Positions 49,886 to 63,302 of a DNA stretch of 64,000 nt are shown here, one piece after another. Source of the stretch: Marsupella aquatica (Eukaryota > Plantae > Marchantiophyta); assembly GCA_973895155.1 (NCBI GenBank), contig OZ316891.1, positions 17,730,095 to 17,794,094 of the forward strand, in the 5' to 3' direction. A program made the translations under genes and the position numbers. The notes below the pieces were generated by a model. It was given only the letters and a program-made list of their open reading frames with translations. It did not search any database and was not told where the DNA came from. Position 1 is the first letter of the stretch. Every line of letters starts with the position of its first letter.

Positions 49886-52800
49886 ATGTCAGCCGACGAG
49901 CCAGGAGGTAGCAGCACATCGCCACCGACACCCAGGTACCACTTATGGAGTGATCCACGACCATTGGTGCCAATTTCATTGGAGTCTCGGCAATTTTGAC
50001 GACGTCCACAAACAGCAGCAGCACCCACACCACGCAATCCTTCTGCTCCATTTGGCGGTCGCTTCACCACTACTCCCAAGCCTGCTATCACTTCATTGCC
50101 ATTTACCCCATCTGCATCCGTGGTTGTTCTTGCTTCACCGACATACAGCATGGACGCCAGCCACTCATCTGGCCGCATTGAACGCTTTAGCGGGCGGCCA
50201 GGCACTGTTTCTTTGCGTGAGTTCAAATCCACTTTCTACACTATCGTTTACAAATTGGAGTTGAAGTATGGCAGCAATTTCACAAATGCTTTTGCATTTA
50301 AGCAGCTAGCCAGGTATGTGCACCACGAGGCTTTGGATGTGTATGAGCAGCACTCTCAACGGCTGCTTGCTCTCACACAATTGCCTAACCCTGCCTATGC
50401 CACTGCAATTGCGGCTGCCTCACAACTGGCATTATAGAATGCCATTGCAGCCCATGCTGCTGCTCCTGCCACTTCCCCTCCTACTCCAGTTCCCACCACT
50501 GCACCAGTTACTCCCACTGTCTTGGCACAGGCTACATCAGGCATTTCTCCCACCATTGATTCTCCTGCCTTTGCTGATCCAGTGGCTGAGTTTTTCCAGG
50601 TTCTTGAATTGGAATTCCCAATCAAGAGTGCTGATAAAATCATGCAGTTGGCCACCTTTGTGAGGCAACGCGATGAAACATTAAAGATGATGTATCGCCG
50701 GCTTCTCAAGATGAAGGAGGACACCCAGAGCATCACTGACCTGGAAGCTGCTCATCGCTATCTTCGCGCATTGGAGGGCACACCAGCTCTCCATTCGCAA
50801 GTGTTGCAGCAAGTATTCTCAGAGTTTGGAGACAACTACACCTTGCTCAATGTCTATGACACTGCTGAGAAACTTGAATTGGCCCATGCACATTATGAGG
50901 CCAGTATTGCGCATCCACCGCGATCCAGGTACCAGGCTGTTGCCCCTACACTGACCACCCCTTCCCGTGTGCCATAGTATGGTTCCAAGACCAAGCCAGC
51001 ACATGCTGCTATCATGCTGCCATCTTGCAACTACTGTGGTAACCCTAATCACAAGGCTAATGAATGTGATATTGTTGTTGAGGACCTGTCTTGTGATTTT
51101 TGCGGGAAAGTGGGCCACTTGGAGGCAGTTTGTTTTGCCAAATTCCCCGAGAGGAAGCAACTACGACAGTAGGCCACTCATCTTGCTCTTGTTTCCACTC
51201 CCCCACCAGCTAGGAGGGCTCCTACTGCATCAACTGATCCTCCTTCCAGTGGCAAAGCATCCAGTGCCAACAAATCGCCCAAGCAGCAACAGAAGCAACC
51301 AGCTCAGAAGGAGGCTCACAACGCACAGGCAACTCAACTCCAGTCTCTGACTCATGAGGTTGAGTCCCTACGTGCCCAACTTGCCAACATCAAAGGCAAG
51401 TCAACTGCCTCTACTGGTCCTTCTCAACCGGCTGGTCACGTGCAACCCATCCCTGGCCCAGGCACCACTGACAGTTCAGCACCTCTACCCTGCTCTTTCT
51501 ATGGCTTGCCATTTGATGCTCATATGGGTGAGTGTGTGCTGTCCTCTGCTCCACAGCCTGGCCTTACAGCAGAATTTTCAGATTCATTCTGCCCTTCTTA
51601 TTTTGCTTACCAGCAGGCCAGTGCTGCCTCCCGTATTGCTCCCACACGCCGCATTGTACAGGCTGATGGTCTTGCTGTCGGTCCTATGACTAGAGCCAGG
51701 GGAGCTTGGGCTATCATGCCCCAATCTTTTCAGCCACTCACACTTGCTGAAGAGCCCACCTTGTTGGCGAGGGGGGAGGGAGCTACAGCTACATCCATTC
51801 CACCACCAGGTGCTGCTGACATTTCACAGGGAGTTGTTTCTCCTGAGCTGCTTGAGCATTTCACCTTCGGTATGGCACAAAGGATTCTTACAACTCCACT
51901 TTTCAGTTGCCATGATTTACAGCTGGATGCTAGAGCTGTCATCAGAGCGCTAGAGGGTTCATTGCATTCTTCATCAGCCCCTGTGACACCGGTTTTGGAG
52001 GTCCAATCTCATGTACATAGTGGACCTTCTTCTTCTCCATTACATGTTTCCACTGGTTTGGCTGCCCCAGTACCGATTGCTGCTGATTGTGTGACCAGAG
52101 CTACACTTGATTCTGGTCATGCTGCTCCATCTTTCCAGGCTATGTTGTTGAGTGGAAAGACCGTGGATACTAACTCCCTTCACAAGGTACCTCATCATTT
52201 GCCGAGAGTGGTGCCTAGTGATAGGACTTCAGTTTCCACCACCATTGCCATTGTTGACAACAAGAATTCAGTGGTCAAGTTGGAGGGTCACACTCCTCAG
52301 GTGGTCATGCTAGACACAGGTGCTCAACCAGTGATATTGGGCATTCAGTTTGCCAAGAAGATGGGACTGTTGACTGATCATTTACAGCAATCCAGGTGGC
52401 ACATTCGGACTACTAGTGGCACTGTGGAGGATGTGCTGGGTGAGAGTTCTACTTTACTCACTCTCACTTTTAATGGAGGTACAGATCAGGAATTGCATTT
52501 CCCAGTCAGATGTTTGGTTACCAATGCCACTACGTATGATGTGCTCATTGGCCAGGAGGCTTTGTTCCCACCAGGTTTTACCATTGACAATTGGCATGAG
52601 CATGCATACTACAGAGTTGATTGGCATACGGATGGCTCACACTTGGGCTACATTGCACTTGATTTGCATGGTGCCCATACACCTATGGCTCACCACTATG
52701 TGTTGAAAGCAGTGCACACAGCTACCTATGTCAACCACCCATTGCAGGATTGGATTGAGGAGGATGATGATGAGGTGGCTACTACACATGCTGCTGCACG

Positions 52801-55800
52801 TATAGCAGCACTTTCCAGCAACGTGGATCATCAACCAGAGGTGGTACAACGGCTCCAAGCAGCCCATGGACCTTTGGTGGCTGCATTGCGCAAATTTGAG
52901 GATCTAGGGCAGCACAATGGCCAACCAATAGCCCCAATCTTGAGCGCACCAGTTACATGGACTCCTCCTTCAGATGGCCTTACATTGCTTGAGTTTTTTG
53001 GTGGCATTTCTACAGGCCTGGAAGCTCTCCTACAGTCTGGCATGGTGGTGAAGCAGTACATCTATGTGGATATTGATCCAGGTGCAAGGCAAGTGTCTGA
53101 ATCCCGTCTGCTGGAATTTTCAGAGCGATTTCCCCAGCAGTTTCCACATAGTGCATGGAAGTTTGCATTCTTTCTTTCCTCCAGATATCCAGCTTGTCCA
53201 GCACCGACATTTAACCCTTCTTGGCTCCCTTGATTTGATCATAGCTGGTTGGGAATGCCAAGGGTTTTCAGCTGTTGGTCACGGTGCTGGACTGCATGAT
53301 TCTCGTTCTGGCCTTTTCACAGCATTGGTTCAGATTCTCACCTGGGCTCAATCCCTTCATCCTGCTGTTGGTTATATCATTGAGAATACTCCATCTCAGT
53401 TTGACCAGCGTCCACAGGTCAAAGAGGATTTCAGTGTGGTCCAGCACTACTTGGGACCACCCCTTCTCATTGATGCAGTGCACTGTGGTTCTTATGCACA
53501 TTGTCTTCGTAACTTTTGGACTAACCTTGCACCACCTTCCTTGTTGGAGTTAGCTCTTCACCACACATCCAGGGACACTAACCTCACAGTGGACCAGATT
53601 TTGGATCCTGACAGCTCTTGCCAACCAGTTACACGGCAAGAGCCAGCACCTTGGTATCCAGCCAATACCATTGGACAGCCCCGTGCTTCTTGGCCTACAT
53701 TTGTATCCTTTCCAGGTGCACATGCCTTTCAGGGTGATGGTCCTGGCCTGGTTTATCGACATTCTACCGGTACTTGGGATGAACCTAGTCCCGAGGAGAG
53801 AGAACGGGCTATGGGCTTCCAATCCGGTACTACAGGCCACACCCACATCACCAGGCTGGTCAGGAATGCTTTACTTGGCAGGGTAATGGATCTTAATGCT
53901 CTCACTTGGCTTCTGGTCACTTGCATCCTTTTTTAGATGTACATTCATCCAGCATCTGGAGTTCCCGCTCTACCACTCCATGGTGCTGCTACATGGCATC
54001 CAGACCAGGTGCACTTACCTCTATTCAACACTCACCACTTCAGTCCAAGTGTTGGGGGGGAGGAGGTCCCTTGTAATGTGGCTGACATTATTTCTGAGTT
54101 TCATGGTGTGGATCAGACTAGAGCAACAAGTACAACAGGCCTTGGAGAGGCCTCATCACCTTATCAGCAGCATGCTAGCAGCGTGGACAGTGGAGAGGCT
54201 GGCACTTCTGGCTCTTCAAGCACGAGTACATCAGGTCCTATTCATAGTGTTGCCAACTACACATTCATCATGGGCAACCACCTGAGTAAAAGATAGAAGG
54301 ACCAGCTGCTGAATTTGCTCCTCAAGCATGAGAACGTGTTTGCTTTCTCTATGAAGGACTTGGGTAAGTGCAAGACTATGCAGTTCTCCATTGAGTTGGC
54401 TGACGAAACACCTATCTTCAGGCGGAGACACCGTTTGAGTAAGCATGAGTGGCAGCTGGTGGATGAGAGGTGCCAAGAGCTCTATGAAGCTGGTCTTATT
54501 CAGCCATCTACATCAGATTTTGCGGCAGCTACAGTGATGCCAGCAAAGAAGGATTCCAGTGGATTGTGGACAGAGAAGCGCATGTGTGGGGACTACAGGC
54601 CATTGAACCTGATCACACCCCAGGACAGGTTCCCCATGCCACGGCCAGAGGAGCTATTTGACAACATTGGAGACTCAGACATCTTCACTCTTGTGGATCT
54701 AAGGCAAGGCTTTAACCAGATTTTGCTGCTTGCAAAGGACCGCAAGAAAACAGCTTTCCATGGCAGTAACCAACTATGGGAGTGGTTGGTGATGCCATTT
54801 GGCTTGAAGAATGCGCCCATATTCTTTCAAAGAGTCATGGACCAGGTTCTTCAAGGTGCTGAGTTTTTGAAATGCTACATTGATGATGTGTTGGTCCATA
54901 GCAAAGGATTTGACCAGCATCTACTTGACCTTGAGGAGCTATTCATGAGGCTTAAGAAGGTGAACCTAAAGATACACCCCAAGAAGTGTGAATTTGCTGT
55001 CAGATCAGTAGTATACCTTGGGCACCGCATTCTTCCAAATGGAACCATGGCTCACTGGGCCAAGGTGGTATCCATCTTGGAAATGCCCACTCCTACCGAT
55101 GTTCACACTTTGAGGAGTTTTATTGGGTTGTGCAATTACTACCGGATCTACATCAAAGATTTCAGCACCATTGCACACCCATTGTATGCTTTGTTGAAAA
55201 AGAATGTGACTTGGACATGGAGTACAGATGCTGAGGCAGCATTTGCCACTTTGAAGGAGAAGTTCTCAGAATACCCGGTGCTGAGAAGACCTGATTTCAA
55301 CAAGGTCTTTGTGCTACACACAGATTGGAGTGCCCTTGGGATTGGTGCCATTCTGGGCCAGCATGATGAGGAAGGTAAAGAGTACGTCATTGCCTATGCA
55401 TCCAGGAGCAACAATCAGGCAGAGAGTCATTATTCTTTGTATGAGGGTGAATGCCTTGCTGTTGTGTGGGTTGTCATACATTACATGCCCTACCTCTATG
55501 GGACCAGGTTTGTCCTCTACACCGACCACCAGCCCTTGAAGTGGTTGATGACCAATGACAAGCTTACTGGCAAGCTTGCTCGTTGGGCGCTCATACTCCA
55601 GGAGTATGACTTTGAGGTAATTCATAGGCCTGGTGTGACACATCAGAATGCTGACACTATGTCCCGTAGCCCTTTGATTACCTCTGATGATTCCTCAGAT
55701 GCACGGCAGGATTTTGACCAGGTTTCCATCCTGCCTACATTTCATGCATCTACCTATCTTGCTTTGCTGCCATGCTATATTGTTGACCAACCTGTGGTGG

Positions 55801-57169
55801 ACATATGGGAGGACAGCGACACTCTGAGATTTCTGCAGCATGGGGAGTACCCCACCCATGTTACTACTGCCCAGAGAGACCGAATTCAGCAAAGGTCCAA
55901 GCGCTACTTGTGGAAGGGAGATCATCTTGTGCGCTGCCTGCCAGACAGGGAAGTGGTGGTTCCACCCATTCATGAGAGGGTTGGCCTTATCCGTAAGGTA
56001 CATTCTGAGCTTGGTCATTTTGGTGTTAAGAGGACTTATAGCCTCTTGGTCCCCCATTATCATTGGAGAGGCATGCATGGCCAGGTTCGAGATGTTATTG
56101 CCCGGTGTGAGCAGTGTGATAGGGTAAGGACTTCTTTCACATCTCGGCAACCCACACTTCATCCACTCCCTATTCAGGGCATGTTTTATCGTTGGTCATG
56201 TGATTTGGCTGGAGAATTACCCCTCACATCTCGGGGTAATCTCTACATCATGATCATGATAGAGCATTTCTCCAAGTGGATAGAACTTGTGGCATTGCCG
56301 GATAAGACCTCTCGTAGCACCAGCCAGACATTCCTGCAACAAGTTCTCAGCCGCTTTGGAGCTTGTGCAGAATGTCTCACTGACCAAGGATCAGAGTTCA
56401 GAGGAGAGTTCCAGGAGCTGCTTGATCAGGCCCTCATTGATCATCGCCGAACGTCACGAGATCACCCACAAGCAGATGGCTTGGCAGAGCGCATGGTTCA
56501 GACATGCAAGAAGGGTCTCCGGAAGATTTGCCTCACCAAAAACAAGGAGAATTGGGACCTGGCCTTACCCTACATTGCCATGGGGTATAGGATGTCCAGA
56601 CATGCATCACTGTCTAACTTTTCTCCCTACTTCTTGTTGTTTGGTCGTCACCCAGTTCCACCTTCTGCTATTGCTGCTCACATGCTTCAGGTGGTGGACT
56701 TGGATTCAGCTGTGACTTGGTCTGATGTGATCTCTGAGAGGGCTGCCCTATTCAGGAGAGTTATGCCCATGGCCATGGAGAATTTGGCCATTGCACAGCA
56801 CAGGGACACATTGCGTTATGCCCACACACGAGGGGGCACTTTTCAGCCCAAGGTCAGGAAGTTTGATGTGGGAGATTTTGTGTACTTGCAGCGGCAAGCT
56901 AACGACACCCTGGACACCTCTACCAGTCGTACAATTCTCAGGGTTAAAGCTATTCGACCGTCTGGAGTGCTAGAGTTACAAGGGGCAGATGGGCGCACAA
57001 TTGCTGACAATGCCAAAATTGCGCCCCTTGTCATCTGCCTAACCTAGATCCCACCATTGTGACTTCTACTTGGATTCCACCTGTGGACTACCCTTGCAAG
57101 GCGTGTTTGCGAATTGATGATGCTGACCAGATGCTGTTGTGTGACAATTGCAATGGAGGGTACCATCTC
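49886..57169 (+). pseudogene. Gag-PR-DNMT-RT-RNaseH-INT-PHD polyprotein (about 2430 codons) with about 6 in-frame stops and 2 frameshifts
   Basis: Zn knuckles CNYCGNPNHKANEC and CDFCGKVGHLEAVC; protease LDTGA; RT MCGDYRPLN, DLRQGF, MPFGLKNAP, YIDDV; RH TDWS..IAYASR..TDHQPL; INT HHCC, DLAG, TDQGSEF, GLAER; PHD CKAC..LLCDNCNGGYHL cut at 57169. Frameshifts near 53175 and 57018. Confidence 0.93.
52979..53915 (+). other. DNA (cytosine-5)-methyltransferase domain (DNMT3-like) between protease and RT
   Basis: Motif I LEFFGGI, II YVDID, IV IAGWECQGFS (catalytic Cys), GLHDSRSGLF, VI IIENT, VIII AHCLRNFWTN (first Arg appears mutated), IX ERERAMGF, X LLGRVM, in canonical order. Confidence 0.9.
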
Positions 57170-57377
57170 CACTACGTACATACCACTTCATTTGTTTTTT
57201 CTTGGCACTTGGGAATGTGATTGGACTTTTTCTATGCATGTTGGTTGCTAGCAGCTTGCACATATGCATTGCCGGTGACTTGTATGTTTTCGATACACTA
57301 TGGCTACGATACTATATGTCACGACAAAGTTGACGGCTTGTCGGGCACATAAAACCGTCAAATGACGGCCCCAAAAC

Positions 57378-57801
57378 GGCCAGTTTGACGTATATTCGTT
57401 GATATTCCCCTGGACTCCCGACCCGGCCAGACTCCCAGCCCGACCCGGCTCCCGACCCAGCTCCTGACCCGCCTGGACCCCGGCCTGGACCCCACCCAAA
57501 CCCGGCCCTGACCCGGCATCCTGAACCCCTCCCGAACTCCTCCTGAATTCCTCCCCGGCCTCCCAAACCCCTCCCAAACTCCTTTCCGGCCTCCCAAACT
57601 CCTCCCAAACTCGGCCAGACCGGGCTCCCCAAATCCCTCCCAGGCCTTTTGAACCCATCCCAAACCTCTCCCAAACCCCTTAAACACCCGGCCCGGGCCA
57701 GCCCGGGTCGACCTCACACCCGGGCCGACCCCAACTCCGGAAGACTGGGCGACCGGGTTGACAGGTTTATGTGTTTACTGGGAAAATTGGCCAGTTTGAC
57801 G
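57378..57801. repeat. C-rich degenerate repeat array (CCCGACCCGG / CCTCCCAAAC units)
   Basis: Strongly strand-biased short repeats bracketed by the direct repeat GGCCAGTTTGACG (57378, 57789); the overlapping ORFs are low-complexity artefacts. Confidence 0.6.
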
Positions 57802-60687
57802 GGTGAATTCAAACTGGGGATTTTGGGCCAGTTGGGGGGAAGTTTTTACTCCGCTGTGCCTTCCCCCCAACTACCACAGAAAAAATTCTCCTACGTCACT
57901 AACTGAACGCTTTCTTGCCGACTTGTAAATCTATCATGGTGACCCACTCGAAGTGCAACGATTGGCCCGTAATTTCTATGGACACATTAGGGTCTGGCAT
58001 GGGAATCCGGGTACAGGAGCCAGTCCTTTGCATTCGCTTGGGTATTTAGATTAGTAAGTGTAGAAAACCCTCGTTTTCAGCACCCTCACTTTGAGCTGTC
58101 ATTTACAGTGCCGTGAATGGTTCTGTTCCACAGTCAGTGAGTTCCCAAGTCCTCACACGAAAAATGTCATGGCCCGTACCACTGTCAGTACGTTCCCCCA
58201 ACACAAAAACCGTGTGGCCACCGTGGCCAATTCGAAAGAAGTGGTCGGACTCGTCCAGGAAGATCGTTATAGGAGGAGTGCAATCTCTTCACCAGACAGA
58301 CGATTTCGATCTCTGCATTTGAACAGTTTGGCTTTCTTTGGTCGCGAGGAAATCCCTGGACGTTTGACTTCATTAATTGCCGCATACTGGTACGTACACA
58401 TGCACAAGGCTTGTGAATCTTGGCAAACCAAATCTGCACAGGTGCAACTTACAGACCAGATTGCTTCTGTAGAGTTCCTCATTTGAGCAACAATTCATTT
58501 CTTTCCCGGTTGTGAACATTCTCTGGTGCCAAAATGAATCAAGACCGGAAACGATGGCACAATGTGAGGGAGCGCGCAAGATCGACTGCAACAAACTGTA
58601 GGGGGCATGCGGACAAAAGAATGGAACGGCAGCGCTGACATTTGATTGATATGGAAAGAATAATCGATGAGTGAAGTATTGGAACCATTGTACACATATC
58701 ATTTGTATCAAATGCCACTCAAATTGGAACCCGCCTCTCTAAATGCAACAGAAGGCAAGATCCGGCAACCATTCTTGTTTGGCTCGCGCACCGAGAGTGG
58801 ATAATTGGACAGGGTGCCGTGTACAGTTGAAGATTCAAGCTACCTACAGTAACTTCCTAATCTCGATCTCGCCCCGCGTACCGAGAATGGGCAATTTGGA
58901 CAGACAGAAGATCCAAGGTATCTCCTTCATATCATCATATGTATCGATCTGAGACGCAGGCTATGATGAAGTACCGAGTCCCCGTCGAGGCGTCGACGGT
59001 CGACCTCTACTACGGTGTTGGCATCTAATAATTGTTGCGATGGTTTTGATTTGGGCGGTTTTTATTGAATGGAATTTCTTCATTCATGGGAAATTGGGAA
59101 TCATTCAGACTTCAAGGCAACACGAATTGGTGAGGTTATTATTCCAGTGACCGAGGTAAGACCCACGCGATTGAGAGGTAAGATTTGCCAGCGCAGAACC
59201 CATCCACTGATCCACCCACCCACCTGCGGTTACGGTCAGCTCGCAAAGCAAAGGCCAGCCCGAAAGACGGTCAGTCGCTCACCCGTCACTTCGGGAAGCC
59301 CAGGTACATTGACAGGCAGGCACGCCGTCAGAACTCCAGCTCTTGAAGTACTGCCCACCGTCCCTCCCGTCGCCCTGCCGATCTCCCGAATGCCTGATCC
59401 GGCCGTCTGTCCATCCGCTTCCCCATCAGGCCATCAGAGACGACGCTGGTACGGCGCTAGATGGTAGTTTAGCCCACCCATGACCCATCGGAATCCTAGA
59501 GTCCCCCTTCCTATGCCAAGCCCTGCCTGTAGGCCAGTGAAGGGACAGATAGCCTCATAGCCAGGACCAGTCGGCAGTACCGGCGATACCGGTCACTGGC
59601 CCCTTAATTATAAACGTCTCTCAAGGATTAAATCAGAACTGGAAGGACACTTTGGGAAGCTCGCTGCGGCGCTCTCCGTACTCCTTTCCTTTTCTATGTC
59701 GCGAGATGATTAGTTGCTGTTTATTAATGATTAATCACACTTTATTACTGCCGGACAAGGTCGCGCTTGCGCCGTACCGGCGATACTCCAAATTTACACC
59801 CACTGGTTCATTAAACTTACTCCCACTAGTTCATTAAACTTCGCCCTTACAGCCAACGGTAAGACCCTAAACCTCAAGGCTCAAGGCCTCAAGCGGTAAA
59901 CTGTACATACCTTACGAGACATGGAAAATACCTGCGTCGAACTCTGGCGCGGTCCTCCTTTTATCGTATGTTTCGGGTATTCGCACTGCTTACGCTAATG
60001 GTGATTAATTGGCCGTAGGTTACAGCACAGCTTGTCGGTCACCCCTGCGTTGAGGTCCTTGAGGATCACAAACGTCATGTCTGTCTCTGTGGTTTGTCCG
60101 GCAAATTGATTTTAGTCGAAGAGTCGCCAACTTCGCGCGGTAGCCATGTGGTTTGTGTTTCCCTTTCTCGATTGGACCGATGGATGGCAGTCGTATCCCA
60201 AATGGCTTTTTGGCAAAAACCAGCCACCATACCAACAAAGTCTTATGTTTTCTAGATTCTTTCAGCAACGGACAACTTTACTAACACGAAGGTTACAAAG
60301 CTACTCATACCAAGAAGGACAAAATACAAAAGGTTACACACTCCACAGAGCACCACTGTAGATTTACAAATTCCCTTTCACTGGTTGCAAGTCTTGTGAA
60401 GAAACTCAATCTAAGTCCACTTTGATCTGAATGAGGAGGTGATGCTGCTCAGGGTAATAATATTCCTGGAGATCTGCCAAATTACAGGCAGCCTCTGTAT
60501 TATTTTGGGTGAATTGAGCCAAATTCCTAACCTCTTTTCCAGATTTGTAGATCATATGCATCCACTTAGGGATAGGACTTGGCCAGTTTAAGTCCTAATC
60601 CTGAAGTACAGTGCCTCACAAGTGACGCATGGAGAGTCATTCATCATGAGAATTCCATTATGTGAATGCAGATCGTACTATATTTTA

Positions 60688-61030
60688 TGTTAGGCATTTT
60701 TACTTAGATCTAGAATAATGACCACAGTCATAGTTGGACTAATCGTAGTCATAGACTTGATTAGGTTAGGCTGCTGCATCCTATGTACACAAGCAATGTT
60801 AGCTTGTGGAGTAGGAACTTGGATTCATTTTTATGGAGCCATTGGAGCATTAGAGAGAGCTTGTGTTATGGACACTTGGGATGGCCACGGGCCAAGAGTG
60901 CAGTAAAACTCTTGTATGTTCCCATGGATGTAATCCCATCGGAGGTGAAAAATGCATTTCTTATTATCGATTACATGTTCATTGGAGTATCACATGTGCA
61001 TGCCCTTGGGAGTATCATCTTCACTCAACA
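60688..61030 (+). mobile_element. Solo LTR (343 bp) with 5-bp TSD TTTTA
   Basis: TTTTA|TGTTAGG...CTCAACA|TTTTA; shares AGAGAGAGCTTG, AGAGTGCAGTAAA and TTCCC(A/G)TGGA blocks with the LTR at 40880. Confidence 0.85.
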
Positions 61031-62814
61031 TTTTACACACTTATTCAATAAACTCTTTGTCCTTTCTTGAGTTCCTGACTCAACTTCCTTAAACTAATCC
61101 ACTCAAAGGACATAACCCAGTGCATGGCTTATTCTCACTATGAACATAGACTGAAGAATTTGTGGTGACAAATTGCATGAATGGTGGTTCAATAAAGTCT
61201 TCTATTCAAAACAAAACTCAGAGTCTATTGTTGAGTAATATTGTGTCATCTGGATGGATAAGTTTGATTAGGGGATTAAAAAATACGAAGCAACAACTAT
61301 GGTGATATCACCCTTTTACAATATATTAGTGTGTCCCAAAGTTTCATAGTTATGGATGATGGCTTTTGGCCATAGACAGTTGACCAAAGCTTTTTTGATC
61401 GGGCCATATTAAAGCCTCTCACTAAACCCTACAATTGCTCATGGTCATGGCATATGACCAATCTTTATGACAAAAGTTATGGATCATGAATTTGGTAGTT
61501 CATAAATTTTTAAATTAATAACCTTAGGAGTTCAGGTCCATCATATTTTGAAGTTTGAGACCCCCTGTTGTCTCACTTAATGGAGATGTGGAGAAATGTA
61601 TGTCAAATGGATAAACATTTTGCTCATTATGTTGTCTCCAATTATGGTTCTCCTTTAGCTTTAATGTCTTCTTGTGGTCCCCAAGCCATGGATTCTAACA
61701 AGGAGTGAAACATTGGAGAAGTTTGAATCACATTGATGGCTCTCTATTGGTAACTTAACTGGGTGACTCATACATTTTCTTTGAGGGGAATACACTAACA
61801 AAACAACAAAAGAAACTGTGTGAAGTGCTCAGGTTGCAACTCGTCCCCGTTAAAGTTAATGGCCCCTCCTAGATGTGCTTGATTGACTGTTGAACCTTTG
61901 AAATTTGGAGTAGACGTGAGCCAACATTATGTGCGAAAGAAAACCTGAGATTGTGATCAAGCTGCACTCTATCTCTTGCAAAGCCATGAACTGCTTTGAT
62001 CTACTGTTATACAACCCTATCTATCACAAGCTTTTCAAACCTCTAACAGTTCCTAGGCAGATGAAAGATCTAGGTTGTCAAAGAAACATTGTTTTTTTCA
62101 TAGTAGGGCCTTTTGCGGTCATGATCCGCTGGCCTTCAACAACTTGCAATGTCTGGGGTGGGACCATGACTTTGCTAAACACTCAGTGAGAATTGGAAAT
62201 TAAAGGCGATAGAAAAAGAATTCAAGGCGATAGAAAAAGTCATTATAGGTTGTTTATTCATGGCATCATTTCTCTATCTTGCTTCACAAATCTTTGCATG
62301 ACTGAATTATTTTCATATAATGGAGGGGAATTGAGCCAATGACAATTTAGGACTCATTTGCTTGAACTCATGGCTTAAAAGAAGAAGCTGACTTCACCTG
62401 AGGTCCCTTGAATGCAAAAGAAAAGTACTTTCCATGTGAACCGAGCATCGAACACCTTATCATTGGATTTAGTATGAGATTTTTAAAATTCTATTATAAT
62501 GATAGAATAAAACAAATATGAACTATTTTACTTGTTATTTAAAATAACTAAGAATATTCTTATTACATACGTGGTGTAAGTGTTTACTCTTACGTTACTT
62601 TGTCCAGGTGAGTGCCACCTTCAAGTCCATCCGAGTTTAATTAAAGTTTTAGAAAATTATTGTGCATCATAAGGGAATCGAAGTTTGAACTGATAGAAAC
62701 CGTAGATGTTGAAGATGGACGGTAGTCAGATCAGCCCGCAAACCTGTGACGAAAAATGTTTGATTCTCTACGGGCCAGTAAAACATTCAGCGAGGACTAG
62801 TCAATATTCGGGAC

Positions 62815-63086
62815 GTACTCTCTCGTCTTCCATCCAGTATTTATAACCGTAATCAACACGGTCTCGCATCTTCTTGTGACGTACTGTACAGAACAACGTA
62901 CAGAGTGTATACTGTACAGTACAGCGTCGATCCAACGTATGTGTCGGGTAGCGCGGATAGGCTATGTAGTAAGAGTACTAGGGACTACACGTAGGGGCGT
63001 GAAGGGCAGGGGTGGGCCCGGGGCAGTCCCGGGCAGGAAAGGACAGGAAGGGACCGGCGGGGCCGCGGGGGCGTACCGCAGTGTAC
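62815..63086. promoter_or_regulatory. Cluster of nine GTAC cores (SBP-box / copper-response-element-like)
   Basis: GTAC at 62815, 62881, 62886, 62898, 62914, 62919, 62975, 63073 and 63083; about one is expected by chance in 272 bp. Confidence 0.4.
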
Positions 63087-63302
63087 TGGACGCGGAGGGC
63101 GGGCAGGGGGCGCGGCAGGACAGGACACGGAGGCAGGCGGTGGGGGTGGTCGTGGGGACGTGCCGTGTGTTGGGGGCGGAGGGTGAGTTTGTTTGGGGGT
63201 ATCTTCGTGCACCAAATCACCAAATGTGCCTCTCACGAGGACTTTAGTTTCTTCAGGAGCAGCCGCCTCATTAATTGAGCTTTGTTGAGGAGTTTGCGCC
63301 AT
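62985..63302 (-). CDS. Possible small proline-rich protein (105 aa)
   Basis: ATGGCG start and a GC-rich open frame in a CpG-rich, gene-like region; no recognisable domain. Confidence 0.25.
   Translation of the reverse strand: MAQTPQQSSINEAAAPEETKVLVRGTFGDLVHEDTPKQTHPPPPTHGTSPRPPPPPASVSCPAAPPARPPRPVHCGTPPRPRRSLPVLSCPGLPRAHPCPSRPYV

Larger units (their letters stand above)
48263..57169 (+). mobile_element. Ty3/Gypsy LTR retrotransposon encoding a cytosine methyltransferase and a PHD finger; 3' end truncated
   Basis: Putative 5' LTR TGTCATG..GAGACA (48263-48490), 1.4-kb GC-rich leader, domain order PR-RT-RH-INT. No second LTR copy seen in the window. Confidence 0.85.

Noticed and set aside
57248-57717. 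Gly/Arg-rich overlapping ORFs
   Set aside because: Translations of a low-complexity C-rich repeat.
59131-59851. LTR-like segment with a TATA box ending CCCTTACA
   Set aside because: No TSD, PBS or second copy found, so the boundaries cannot be supported.
62560-62576. CATACGTGGTG as the partner TIR of CACTAC at 57170
   Set aside because: Several mismatches, and the flanks (CTC versus TAA) give no TSD.
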